Source: a virus. Taken from it: DNA of 64,000 nucleotides. The stretch lies in IMG/VR virus record IMGVR_UViG_3300003323_000334, positions 1 to 64,000 of that record; one strand, given 5' to 3'. Each line of letters begins with the position of its first letter. The stretch's first letter is position 1. Below, piece after piece: positions 42,907 through 51,081 of this stretch. Under the pieces are notes generated by a model that saw only the letters and a list, made by a program, of their open reading frames with translations, was not told the origin of the DNA and made no database searches. The position numbers and the translations under genes are program-made.

Positions 42907-43191
42907 ATGGGCTTCAAGCAACAGCTTTTGAACTTCGAGAAGGCAAAGGTAAAAACGAAACCGCCGCAAACGCAAAAGAAAACCGAAGCAAAGCTCCCGA
43001 AAAAGGGAACACCTGAGTCCGCGTACAGAGATGGAGTGAAGGACATGGAACAACTTCGTTCCATGTTCAGCAAACGGTTTTGTAAACACCTGGTGTTCAT
43101 TCTCGGATTCTCCAGAAAAGGACCGCAGAGCGATCCGTTAATCAGGTCGTACTGTGACGGTTTTAACGACAAACTGGAGGACAAGGCGTGA
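42907..43191 (+). CDS. hypothetical basic protein
   Basis: 94 aa, 1 nt after the folE stop and overlapping the next gene (GTGA). Confidence 0.45.
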   Translation: MGFKQQLLNFEKAKVKTKPPQTQKKTEAKLPKKGTPESAYRDGVKDMEQLRSMFSKRFCKHLVFILGFSRKGPQSDPLIRSYCDGFNDKLEDKA

Positions 43192-43655
43192 CAACGCTCG
43201 AAGAATTCAATCAATGGTTTCAGACCAACAAATCGGTAGTAACGCGACGTTCTCCGTACGACGCGGCTAAACTCGCTTGGTTTGCTGCAAAGCAAACTCC
43301 TTTATTTGACGCAGGAAAATCGCCAGCAGATGTTTCGACGTTCATCATCGTTAAAACCGAGTTCGTTGGTTTTCACCGGTGGTGTGATGCGCCTGTGAAT
43401 GTGTCGTTCCTTCGCCAATTCCATCGACACGTGTTCAAAGTGGAGGTGACAATCAGAGTAGATCATCAAAATCGGGCCCTAGAGTTCTTCACCGAGCAAC
43501 AGAAAGTGGAGCTGTTCTGTCAAAAGTTTCACAACCAACATTTTGAAAAGTCCTGCGAAATGTTGGCTCAAGAAATCCTAGACAGTAATCCGGAGTATCA
43601 TTCCGTCAAGGTTAGCGAAGACGGTGAGAACGCCGGTATTGTGATTCGTAACTAA
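43188..43655 (+). CDS. divergent T-fold (QueD/PTPS-like) paralogue candidate
   Basis: 155 aa. FVGFHRWCDAPVNVSFLRQFHRHVFKVEVTIRV mirrors the F-x-A-x-H ... HGH-x-(Y/F)-x-V-x-V layout of QueD, but with HRH and no Cys four residues before it. Confidence 0.4.
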   Translation: MTTLEEFNQWFQTNKSVVTRRSPYDAAKLAWFAAKQTPLFDAGKSPADVSTFIIVKTEFVGFHRWCDAPVNVSFLRQFHRHVFKVEVTIRVDHQNRALEFFTEQQKVELFCQKFHNQHFEKSCEMLAQEILDSNPEYHSVKVSEDGENAGIVIRN

Positions 43656-43676
43656 CCTTTAACTTCTGAGTACGCC

Positions 43677-44966
43677 ATGCTCTACTACGTCCCTCTTGAG
43701 TGCTACCGTCAGCGTTACACCATGCAACTCTCAGCCCCAAAAGTCGGGTGGTTCGAGAGTAAATGGATCGAGCACAACATTCCATACGTTCGAGTCGAAC
43801 CGAGTTACGCCGCTCTCGGCGAAAACTTTCCGAACAGAATGATTAACAACGGATCGGTACTCGATGCTGTAGGACGCAGCCGATACGCCATGAGTCAAAT
43901 CGACAACCTGCTGCTGATGCTGGATCGAGGAGAAATCAAGGACTCTGACGTAATCTACTTTGACGACTTCTGGCACCCAGGTATCGAGGCGTTTAAATAC
44001 ACCTGTGACATTTTAGGTAAACGACCACGAATGTACGCCTACTGCTGGGCTCAGTCGGTCGATCAGTTCGACTTCACCAACAAGATGAAACACTGGATTC
44101 GTCTGATCGAAAAAGGATACAGCGCGATACTCGATGGGGTGTTCGTTGCGAACACAGGCCTAAAGGAGCTGCTGTACGATCACGCCGTGTGTGACAGTCT
44201 AAAAATCCATGTGGTCGGTCTACCGTTCGACACCAAAGAAGTGCTGAGTCGAATGCCGGATTCGTACCGCGAGTTCATCTTAAATCCGCAATCACAAGAC
44301 ACGCCTAGTCCTAGACTGGATCGGGTAGTGTTCTCGTCTAGATGGGACTCAGAAAAGAACCCGATATTCTTTTTGAGGCTCGCCGCACTTGCAGCACGCG
44401 ATCCGGAGATGAGTCACGTCAAGTTCGCAGTGTGTTCGTCGGCACCGGAAATGAAAAGCAACAACAGCGGGCTTTTGACCGTGCTGTTCGGAGCAACAAA
44501 GGATCTGTCGAACTTCGAACTTCACACCAATCTGTCTAAAGAGGCGTACTACAAGCTGTTGGCCGAGTCCAAAGTTCAGTTCAACTGTGCCGACCAAGAT
44601 TGGACTTCGTTCACACTGCTGGAAGCGGTTACTGCCGGATGCTATCCACTCTATCCGTACTTCAGGAGTTTTTCGGAAGTGTTCTTGAACGGGTCGAGGT
44701 TTTTGTACGAGCACAAAAACCTCGACGCGGCGTATTCGAAACTGAAACAGTCTATATTAAACCAGTACCCGTTGCCAGATTCAGGAAAGTGGTCACACGA
44801 AGAGATCATAGGTCGCATGTGGATCGCCAAACGATTCAACGCCACTTGGTACCGAATCGCCAAGCATATGGGCGTCATTCCTGAAAACTTCTCTACCACT
44901 GTAGAGCACATCACCCCACCGTACGATCGCGAGCAAGTGAAGCGTGTCGATTGGGCGCGTCTCTAG
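43677..44966 (+). CDS. GT-B fold glycosyltransferase (candidate)
   Basis: 429 aa. The C-terminal half VVFSSRWDSEKNPIFFLRLA ... FTLLEAVTAGCYPLYPYF fits the GT-B donor-binding domain and E-x7-E-type region. Confidence 0.55.
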   Translation: MLYYVPLECYRQRYTMQLSAPKVGWFESKWIEHNIPYVRVEPSYAALGENFPNRMINNGSVLDAVGRSRYAMSQIDNLLLMLDRGEIKDSDVIYFDDFWHPGIEAFKYTCDILGKRPRMYAYCWAQSVDQFDFTNKMKHWIRLIEKGYSAILDGVFVANTGLKELLYDHAVCDSLKIHVVGLPFDTKEVLSRMPDSYREFILNPQSQDTPSPRLDRVVFSSRWDSEKNPIFFLRLAALAARDPEMSHVKFAVCSSAPEMKSNNSGLLTVLFGATKDLSNFELHTNLSKEAYYKLLAESKVQFNCADQDWTSFTLLEAVTAGCYPLYPYFRSFSEVFLNGSRFLYEHKNLDAAYSKLKQSILNQYPLPDSGKWSHEEIIGRMWIAKRFNATWYRIAKHMGVIPENFSTTVEHITPPYDREQVKRVDWARL

Positions 44967-45001
44967 AATCGCTTTACGTCGCGTTTTAAGCGTGTTCGTT
45001 T

Positions 45002-45044
45002 CGCGATCGGGCGCCGAGTAGCGTTGCGCCCGATCGCGTGTTTT
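45002..45044 (+). terminator. rho-independent terminator after the glycosyltransferase gene
   Basis: A 13-bp perfect stem CGCGATCGGGCGC / GCGCCCGATCGCG with an 11-nt loop, then TGTTTT. Confidence 0.7.
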
Positions 45045-45130
45045 AGACGCGTTTAATCGCATTTGGCGCGTGCGCGAAAGCGACGCGCAATAATAAACGA
45101 AACTATACATCCTTGTGCGAGACTTCTACC

Positions 45131-45871
45131 ATGACCTCAACCTATACCACGCTCACGCATCCTATCCTTCAAAACACACTCCAAACCAACTCGATCAATT
45201 TCGGCATCACGACCAGATGTACCATGATTTGCCCGAAATGCTCGATCGACGTTCCTGGAATTAAGAACAGGAAAGAAGCTCAAGACGCCTCAATCTCTAC
45301 GATTCATTGGACGGCATCTGTGCTGACCGCTCGCGGTACATTCCAGCGAGTTCACATCACAGGAGGCGAACCGACGATTCACCATGCTTTCGGTTTGATG
45401 ACACCAGAGTTCAAAGACTGGTTCAAGGCTGAGTACCTTACTCTTGAAACCAACGGCGCTCTAGTCTTGAAGCACATCGAGGTCATCAAAAAGCACTTCG
45501 ACCTGGTGTTCATAACGCATTACGTTAAGGGCGCAATTTACCCGGACAATTTCGACAACACCGAAATCATCAAACGAGCTAAACAAGAACTCGGCGACAA
45601 GTTGATAACTGAGCCGCCGGTCCGACATGACCTAGAGCACATTAAATTGTCCTTGAGAACCGAGGATCAGAAGCGAGCGGAACACGTCGCCTGTTCCAAG
45701 TTTTACGAACCGGGATTACCGTGTGCGTGGTACGACGGATATTTGTACCCGTGCTGCGTCAGTTTCGGAATCGATCGCGACAGGTACAAAGTGCCGGTAA
45801 CCGAAGACTGGCGAACAGTGATTCAAGACCAGAACAAAGGGTGCAGCAATTGCCTCTATCGGGGAACCTAA
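45131..45871 (+). CDS. radical SAM enzyme with Cys-rich C-terminal (SPASM/twitch-like) region
   Basis: ATG 45131; the track start at 45113 is TTG. C-x3-C-x2-C motif in GITTRCTMICPKCS, SAM-binding ITGGEPT, and C-terminal CAWYDGYLYPCC ... GCSNC. Confidence 0.7.
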   Translation: MTSTYTTLTHPILQNTLQTNSINFGITTRCTMICPKCSIDVPGIKNRKEAQDASISTIHWTASVLTARGTFQRVHITGGEPTIHHAFGLMTPEFKDWFKAEYLTLETNGALVLKHIEVIKKHFDLVFITHYVKGAIYPDNFDNTEIIKRAKQELGDKLITEPPVRHDLEHIKLSLRTEDQKRAEHVACSKFYEPGLPCAWYDGYLYPCCVSFGIDRDRYKVPVTEDWRTVIQDQNKGCSNCLYRGT

Positions 45872-45872
45872 A

Positions 45873-46880
45873 ATGAGCGGTGCTAATCTAGGACACAAAC
45901 GTAAAGGCCGAGCCAAGACCATTGTGTCTCTAGACGGCCTGCCTCGCAGGTGCCGGAGCTTCATGCCTGATTCCGGTGCCCACAGTTTGTTCAACCTACA
46001 TTGCTTCGAAACCGCTAAACAAAACGGTAAAGAAGTCCGAGTTTTCAAAAAACCGAACGAACGGTATAAATGGTACTCACCTGACGGTAACAAGCTGTCT
46101 AAAGAGTTCCGTGCGTATCTGGACAAATACGTCGGCTTCATCGACAAGTACGGTAAAGGAATAGACCACTACGTTACAGTGGACGCGATCTACAATCCGG
46201 AGATATCATGGAAGAGTCTCAAGTACCTAGAGTCGTGGGGTCTGAAACCGATTCCAGTAATCCACCACAGAACCTCGATGCGCTGGATCGAAAAGCATTT
46301 GGACTCTGGTTACAACTACATCGGGCTTGGAGGTCTCGGGCAGCAAAGCACCAAGAACACTTACACGATATGGGCGGATCAGGTGTTCGACCGAATATGT
46401 CAGGGGAGCAAACGTCTGCCGTGTGTTAAGACTCACGGCTTTGCGATGACGAGCTATTCTCTAATACTCCGCTACCCTTGGTGGAGCGTTGACAGTTCTT
46501 CCGTGTTCAAATGTGCCGGTAACGGTAGCATCTTCGTTCCACACAAGAGACAAGGCTCTTTCACTTTCGGTGAGGAGCCTTACGTCATGGGTGTTAGTCA
46601 CAGGTCTAGTGCAAAGCAGTCCGACAAGCGACACTACGACAACCTAACAAAAGGTGAAAAGGCGATCGTCGCCGAATGGCTGAAGTCGATCGACATGATC
46701 CTAGGAACTGTGTCAGAAGACGGAGAAATGGACGAGTACGGAGTGTACTCGTCTTACAACGCCAGAGTGGTCGCTAATCTGAGGTTTTTCGAACGCTTTT
46801 TGGACTGGCTACCAAAATGGCCTTGGTCGTTTAAAATTCGACCGAAACGCGGCTTCTTGAAATGGGAGGATTTGACGTGA
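45873..46880 (+). CDS. dpdA: DpdA-type DNA (guanine) transglycosylase, TGT superfamily
   Basis: 335 aa. FMPDSGAHSLF, YIGLGGLG, KTHGFAMTS and WWSVDSSS match the phage DpdA/TGT motif series. It starts 1 nt after the radical-SAM gene stop. Confidence 0.8.
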   Translation: MSGANLGHKRKGRAKTIVSLDGLPRRCRSFMPDSGAHSLFNLHCFETAKQNGKEVRVFKKPNERYKWYSPDGNKLSKEFRAYLDKYVGFIDKYGKGIDHYVTVDAIYNPEISWKSLKYLESWGLKPIPVIHHRTSMRWIEKHLDSGYNYIGLGGLGQQSTKNTYTIWADQVFDRICQGSKRLPCVKTHGFAMTSYSLILRYPWWSVDSSSVFKCAGNGSIFVPHKRQGSFTFGEEPYVMGVSHRSSAKQSDKRHYDNLTKGEKAIVAEWLKSIDMILGTVSEDGEMDEYGVYSSYNARVVANLRFFERFLDWLPKWPWSFKIRPKRGFLKWEDLT

Positions 46881-46981
46881 GTGTTGATACCGGATTGATC
46901 GTAACTATTCAGTTGGCAGCTATTGCCTTCATTCTGTTGATGATCGTTAAACTCCTTGCTAACATCAAAGAGAAGTTGTAA
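46877..46981 (+). CDS. possible 34-aa membrane peptide
   Basis: GTG start (GTGA overlap with dpdA) and stop overlapping the next ATG (TAATG). Product VSVDTGLIVTIQLAAIAFILLMIVKLLANIKEKL. Below the track cutoff. Confidence 0.3.
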   Translation: MSVDTGLIVTIQLAAIAFILLMIVKLLANIKEKL

Positions 46982-47325
46982 TGAGCCAATGGAAGCCAAA
47001 CGGTAGACACCAATTCGACTGTTACAACAGGTGCCGCAAATGTAATTTGACCAGACGTGAGTTGGAATTGGAGCGGCTTGCATCCGGCATGGTCATATCG
47101 TGCAGCCGTCTTACCAAAAGAATCAATGACGATCTTCGGAAAAAGAAGGCCGAAGAAAAAGAAAAGCAGCATACAGAAACAAAAGAACTGGTGAAGCGGA
47201 TTATTGCTAGTTTGGACACAGGTCCGATATTACAAGAGACTCCTATCGTTCATTTAAGGAACTGTTATGAGGTTGTTTCTAAGCGGCGGGAGTTCGATTC
47301 CGGAAGTGACAATGGACAAGCCTGA
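46981..47325 (+). CDS. hypothetical protein
   Basis: 114 aa ATG ORF with a CYNRCRKCN motif. Confidence 0.4.
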   Translation: MSQWKPNGRHQFDCYNRCRKCNLTRRELELERLASGMVISCSRLTKRINDDLRKKKAEEKEKQHTETKELVKRIIASLDTGPILQETPIVHLRNCYEVVSKRREFDSGSDNGQA

Positions 47326-47461
47326 TATAATGCTGTCGTTCTACGTTGACGTAGGTAAGAAAGGACTACCTAACGCCAGAATGAGAGCAATACTTAAAAT
47401 CAGGACGTGCTCTCGCTGGATCAAGATATTGAACCATACGATCAAGAAAGGCGGCATTTGA
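47312..47461 (+). CDS. possible 49-aa protein
   Basis: ATG 47312 (MDKPDIMLSFYVDVGKK). Its stop overlaps the clamp ATG as TGATG, and it fills an otherwise empty gap. Confidence 0.3.
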   Translation: MDKPDIMLSFYVDVGKKGLPNARMRAILKIRTCSRWIKILNHTIKKGGI

Positions 47462-48489
47462 TGTCGATCAAGTTGAACCGGGAAGAGTTCTTGCAGAAAC
47501 TGGAAGAAGTCTCGCCGGGCCTGTCTAAAACAGGGATTCAAGACCAATCGGCCTGTTTCGTGTTCCGTAAAGGCAAAGTGTGCGCGTACAACGAGGAAGT
47601 GTTTTGCTCGGCAAAGACGAAACTTCCGAATGATTTCACAGGAGCAGTTCCTGCCAAGAAGTTACTAGAACTACTCCGAAAAATGACAGTGGAACACGTT
47701 GTACTAGATCCGAAGGACAAAAAGTTCGACATCGTAGGTCACAATGAAAAAGCCGAACTTCGAATGGAGTCAAACATTTTGCTTCCTATGGACTCTATAG
47801 AAATTCCGGAAAAAGGAGCGTGGCGCCCCATTCACCCTGATTTCACGGACGCTATTTCGATCGTCGGCGAGTGTGCCAGCACCAACCAAGAGCTGTTCAC
47901 TTCGACGTGCATTCACCTGACTCCCAAATACATGGAAGCGTTCGACAACGCTCAGATGACCAGGTATCGCATTAAAACAGGAGTCAGCAGTTCGTTTTTG
48001 GTGCGCCGGCAGTCACTCAAACATGTTCCGACACACGACTACAAAGATTTCGCCGAGACGGCAAAATGGATTCATTTCCGTACTGGTGCCGGATCCGTCC
48101 TTTCGTGTCTCAGGTACATCAGCGAAGGCAACGAGTTCGGCAAACTTTCGCAGTTTTTGGACATTAGGGGCACACCGACATCACTGCCGAAAGCTCTGTC
48201 AGATACGGCCGAAAAGGCCGAAATCTTCTCTAAGGACGAAGGTGACGATAACACGGTTCTTTGCAGTATTAAGGACAACAAGATCCAAGTGGTCGGTGAA
48301 GGTGCTGCCGGTAAATACACCAAAGTTATGAAGGTGCGATACAAGGGCCCACAAGTGAAGTTTCGGATCAGTCCTAAACTTCTGGTAGAGATTCTCAAGA
48401 GACATACGGAGTGCGAAATCTCGGACAAGAACGTGCTCCGTGTTAACGGCGGTAAGTTCATTTACTGCGTTTGTTTGTTTCCAACGTGA
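47461..48489 (+). CDS. DNA polymerase sliding clamp (beta-clamp-like)
   Basis: ATG 47461 (MSIKLNREEFLQKLEEV...). Length is ~342 aa. The N-terminal pattern and repeated beta-alpha-beta periodicity are typical of DnaN-like clamps. The call comes from pattern and replisome context only. Confidence 0.55.
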   Translation: MSIKLNREEFLQKLEEVSPGLSKTGIQDQSACFVFRKGKVCAYNEEVFCSAKTKLPNDFTGAVPAKKLLELLRKMTVEHVVLDPKDKKFDIVGHNEKAELRMESNILLPMDSIEIPEKGAWRPIHPDFTDAISIVGECASTNQELFTSTCIHLTPKYMEAFDNAQMTRYRIKTGVSSSFLVRRQSLKHVPTHDYKDFAETAKWIHFRTGAGSVLSCLRYISEGNEFGKLSQFLDIRGTPTSLPKALSDTAEKAEIFSKDEGDDNTVLCSIKDNKIQVVGEGAAGKYTKVMKVRYKGPQVKFRISPKLLVEILKRHTECEISDKNVLRVNGGKFIYCVCLFPT

Positions 48490-48495
48490 GGACTC

Positions 48496-49014
48496 ATGAA
48501 AGCACCTAAAAGCGGAATTTGGCCGTACTTCGTCAAGTACGCCGAAACGAATGGCATCGATCTGACTGATTTGCCCGGCGTTTGGTTTGAAGAATGGCAG
48601 GCCTTTTTAGCCGGGACGTCCATTGGCGCAAAGCTCGCCGTACAGCAAATGTTGTTCGGCAAGTCGATCGACGGCGAAGGCGCTGCCGTAGCGAAAGGAA
48701 AAGAAGGAGAGTCGTCAGAAGACAAAGGAGCTAGTGACAATCTGAGTGACGAAGAACTCGACGACATCATCTCCCAAAAGCAGAAGCTGGTCGATCAGTT
48801 CAACAAGGAAGTCGAAGAGATGCGAGGCGTGGTCGAAGAACTCAGGAAGGAGCTGAAGACCAGAAAAGACAAGAAAGATAAGGAGAAAAAGGCCGAAGTG
48901 GCGGCGCCAGAAATGGCTAAAGACAAACCGGTAGAAGTTCCCACTCCGCCGTTCGTTGTCGAGCCTCCGCCAGAGCCTAACAAAGTGGTCCGCAAACGCA
49001 AGATCCCGATTTAG
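48496..49014 (+). CDS. hypothetical protein with acidic/coiled-coil C-terminal half
   Basis: 172 aa ATG ORF. Confidence 0.45.
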   Translation: MKAPKSGIWPYFVKYAETNGIDLTDLPGVWFEEWQAFLAGTSIGAKLAVQQMLFGKSIDGEGAAVAKGKEGESSEDKGASDNLSDEELDDIISQKQKLVDQFNKEVEEMRGVVEELRKELKTRKDKKDKEKKAEVAAPEMAKDKPVEVPTPPFVVEPPPEPNKVVRKRKIPI

Positions 49015-49022
49015 GTCGAACT

Positions 49023-50246
49023 ATGAAATTTAATGGACGAGGCTTCTTCGCTCTGTCAACGCTCATGCAGACGAAGAAGCCTCTACCGATCGTAGCCAAC
49101 TGCCAATCGTGTCGGTTGTGTACCACGGGTTGTAAAACTCCATACATGAAACCGACAGGAAAGGGAAAGCAGAAGATCCTGATCGTCGGCGAGTTTCCGG
49201 ACTCGGCAGACGACAGAACAGGAAAACCTTTTAGAGGAGAATCCGGGAAGCGAGCCAGATCGGAAGTGTCGGCAGCCGGATTAGACACGGACGCTGACGT
49301 AGTTTGGACCAACGCTCTGATATGCAACCCGCCAGGCGATCGCCCTCCGATGTCGAAGATCATTCCGTACTGTCGTCCGAACTTGATCAAAACGATCGAG
49401 TCGGTCAAACCGAACGTCATCTTGTTAATGGGGTCTATCGCGGTTAAAAGTCTGATAGGCTTTCTTTGGAAAGAAGACGTAGGCAAACTAAACAGATGGA
49501 TCGGATGGCGTATTCCGTGTCAAAGGTTTAATGCATGGATATGTCCGACTTATCATCCAGATCACCTGAGGAACAAGAATCATCCGGTAATGGACTTGAT
49601 GTTCAAGCAGCAGGTCCGATGGGCGTGTTCACAAACGAAACCTCCTTGGGAAACTGTTCCTGATTTAAGGAGTAGAGTCCGCGTCGTATTCGACCCTGAC
49701 GAAGCCGCATCGATCATCCGAAAAATGACGGATAATGTGAAACGGCCGGTTGCGTTCGACTATGAAACCAACATGCTGAAACCGGAGAACGAGCGGGCCA
49801 AGATCGTGTGTTGCTCCGTCAGTGACGGAAAGACCACGATCGCGTTCCCATGGATCGGTGAAGCGGTCAAAGCGATGAAGGCGTTTTTCCGGTCGAACGT
49901 TCCTAAAATCGCCTCGAACATGAAGTTCGAAGATCGTTGGACGAATTGTAAAGTCGGTGTAAGCGTTCGAAACTGGAAGCTGGACACGATGTTGGCGGCG
50001 CACGTTCTGGACAACAGACCAGAAATCACAAGTATCAAGTTTCAGGCTTTCGTCCGTTTAGGACAAGAAAGCTACGACGACCACATTAAGCCGTTCTTGA
50101 AATCGAAAGAGTCCGGCGGGTACGCAGAAAACCGAATTGATGAAGTCGATCCGCACGACCTGATGACCTACTGCGCCTTAGACTCTCTACTCGAATGGCG
50201 CGTAGCCTTAAAGCAATACGAGGAGCTTAGCAATGATCACGGCTAA
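49023..50246 (+). CDS. family-4 UDG-like domain fused to DnaQ-like 3'-5' exonuclease (N-terminal part of a split family-A polymerase)
   Basis: UDG4 motifs: CQSCRLC, ILIVGEFPDSADDRTGKPFRGESGK, VWTNALICNPP. Exonuclease motifs: VAFDYETNML (Exo I) and YCALDSLL (Exo III). Confidence 0.75.
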   Translation: MKFNGRGFFALSTLMQTKKPLPIVANCQSCRLCTTGCKTPYMKPTGKGKQKILIVGEFPDSADDRTGKPFRGESGKRARSEVSAAGLDTDADVVWTNALICNPPGDRPPMSKIIPYCRPNLIKTIESVKPNVILLMGSIAVKSLIGFLWKEDVGKLNRWIGWRIPCQRFNAWICPTYHPDHLRNKNHPVMDLMFKQQVRWACSQTKPPWETVPDLRSRVRVVFDPDEAASIIRKMTDNVKRPVAFDYETNMLKPENERAKIVCCSVSDGKTTIAFPWIGEAVKAMKAFFRSNVPKIASNMKFEDRWTNCKVGVSVRNWKLDTMLAAHVLDNRPEITSIKFQAFVRLGQESYDDHIKPFLKSKESGGYAENRIDEVDPHDLMTYCALDSLLEWRVALKQYEELSNDHG

Positions 50247-50436
50247 AGTTTTTTCGGTAGAAGCTAAAACTGCGGAACAAGCCGAAGTTAAACTCGCCGA
50301 AGAGTTTAACGCTTGGACAGAGTCTTCCAAAATCGGAGCAATTGTCCACATATTCGAACCGGTGAGGAAGAGCTACTCATACGGAGACTCCAACTACAAC
50401 AAAACTACGGTCACATTAACTGTATTTTACTGCTAA
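50233..50436 (+). CDS. hypothetical protein
   Basis: 67 aa; overlaps the upstream gene by 14 nt. Confidence 0.4.
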   Translation: MITAKVFSVEAKTAEQAEVKLAEEFNAWTESSKIGAIVHIFEPVRKSYSYGDSNYNKTTVTLTVFYC

Positions 50437-50448
50437 AGGAAGCTTCTG

Positions 50449-50664
50449 ATGACTTTAACCGAGTACACCCAACTTCAAGACGACGGCTGTCCTAACTGCT
50501 CTGAACACGTGGACAGGAACTCGCGATTCGCTATGATAGGCATGTACGCACACGTCTGGGGATACATATTCATCCTGGAGGACAAATATGCTTACTGTGA
50601 CGATCGAACTGGACGTTCATGGCAAAGGAGAAGTGAAACGTGTGTTGGCCGTGATGGTAATTGA
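50449..50664 (+). CDS. hypothetical protein (CPNC motif)
   Basis: 71 aa. Its last 77 nt overlap the next ORF. Confidence 0.35.
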   Translation: MTLTEYTQLQDDGCPNCSEHVDRNSRFAMIGMYAHVWGYIFILEDKYAYCDDRTGRSWQRRSETCVGRDGN

Positions 50665-50842
50665 GAACGACGGTACAGGTACCGAATTTCTCGGCAACTA
50701 CAAGTACGCCTTGAGTCACGCCGGAAAATTCTTCGGCAATCGAAAAGGAGTGTTCAAGAAAGGGCGAATCACCGGGTTCAAGCGCAGTCTGAGCCCGTAC
50801 AGACTGGTACAACGGTGCTTAAAGCACGCAGGAGAAATATGA
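50588..50842 (+). CDS. hypothetical protein
   Basis: 84 aa with a strong GGAGGA RBS 5 nt before ATG 50588. Confidence 0.45.
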   Translation: MLTVTIELDVHGKGEVKRVLAVMVIENDGTGTEFLGNYKYALSHAGKFFGNRKGVFKKGRITGFKRSLSPYRLVQRCLKHAGEI

Positions 50843-51081
50843 CACTTCTCCAACGTTGGATAACAGGTTTAGAGGGCGTGCTCGATTCGTTAGCCAAACG
50901 GCTAACAGTAGACAAGAAAGACAAGTGGAACTTTAATCCGTTTGTTTTTCTGCTTTTTCTAGGCCTAGCAATAACAGTAACCTTTTTGGACGTTCTCGAC
51001 GAAGAAGTCCGAAAAGTCCAAAAATCAATCGAAAAACTCCGGTCTGCTTTTATCCTTTACGTGTTTCAGGAAAGAAAATGA
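50839..51081 (+). CDS. small membrane protein
   Basis: ATG 50839 (ATGA overlap). TM segment FVFLLFLGLAITVTFL. ATGA overlap with the RNR gene. Confidence 0.45.
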   Translation: MTLLQRWITGLEGVLDSLAKRLTVDKKDKWNFNPFVFLLFLGLAITVTFLDVLDEEVRKVQKSIEKLRSAFILYVFQERK

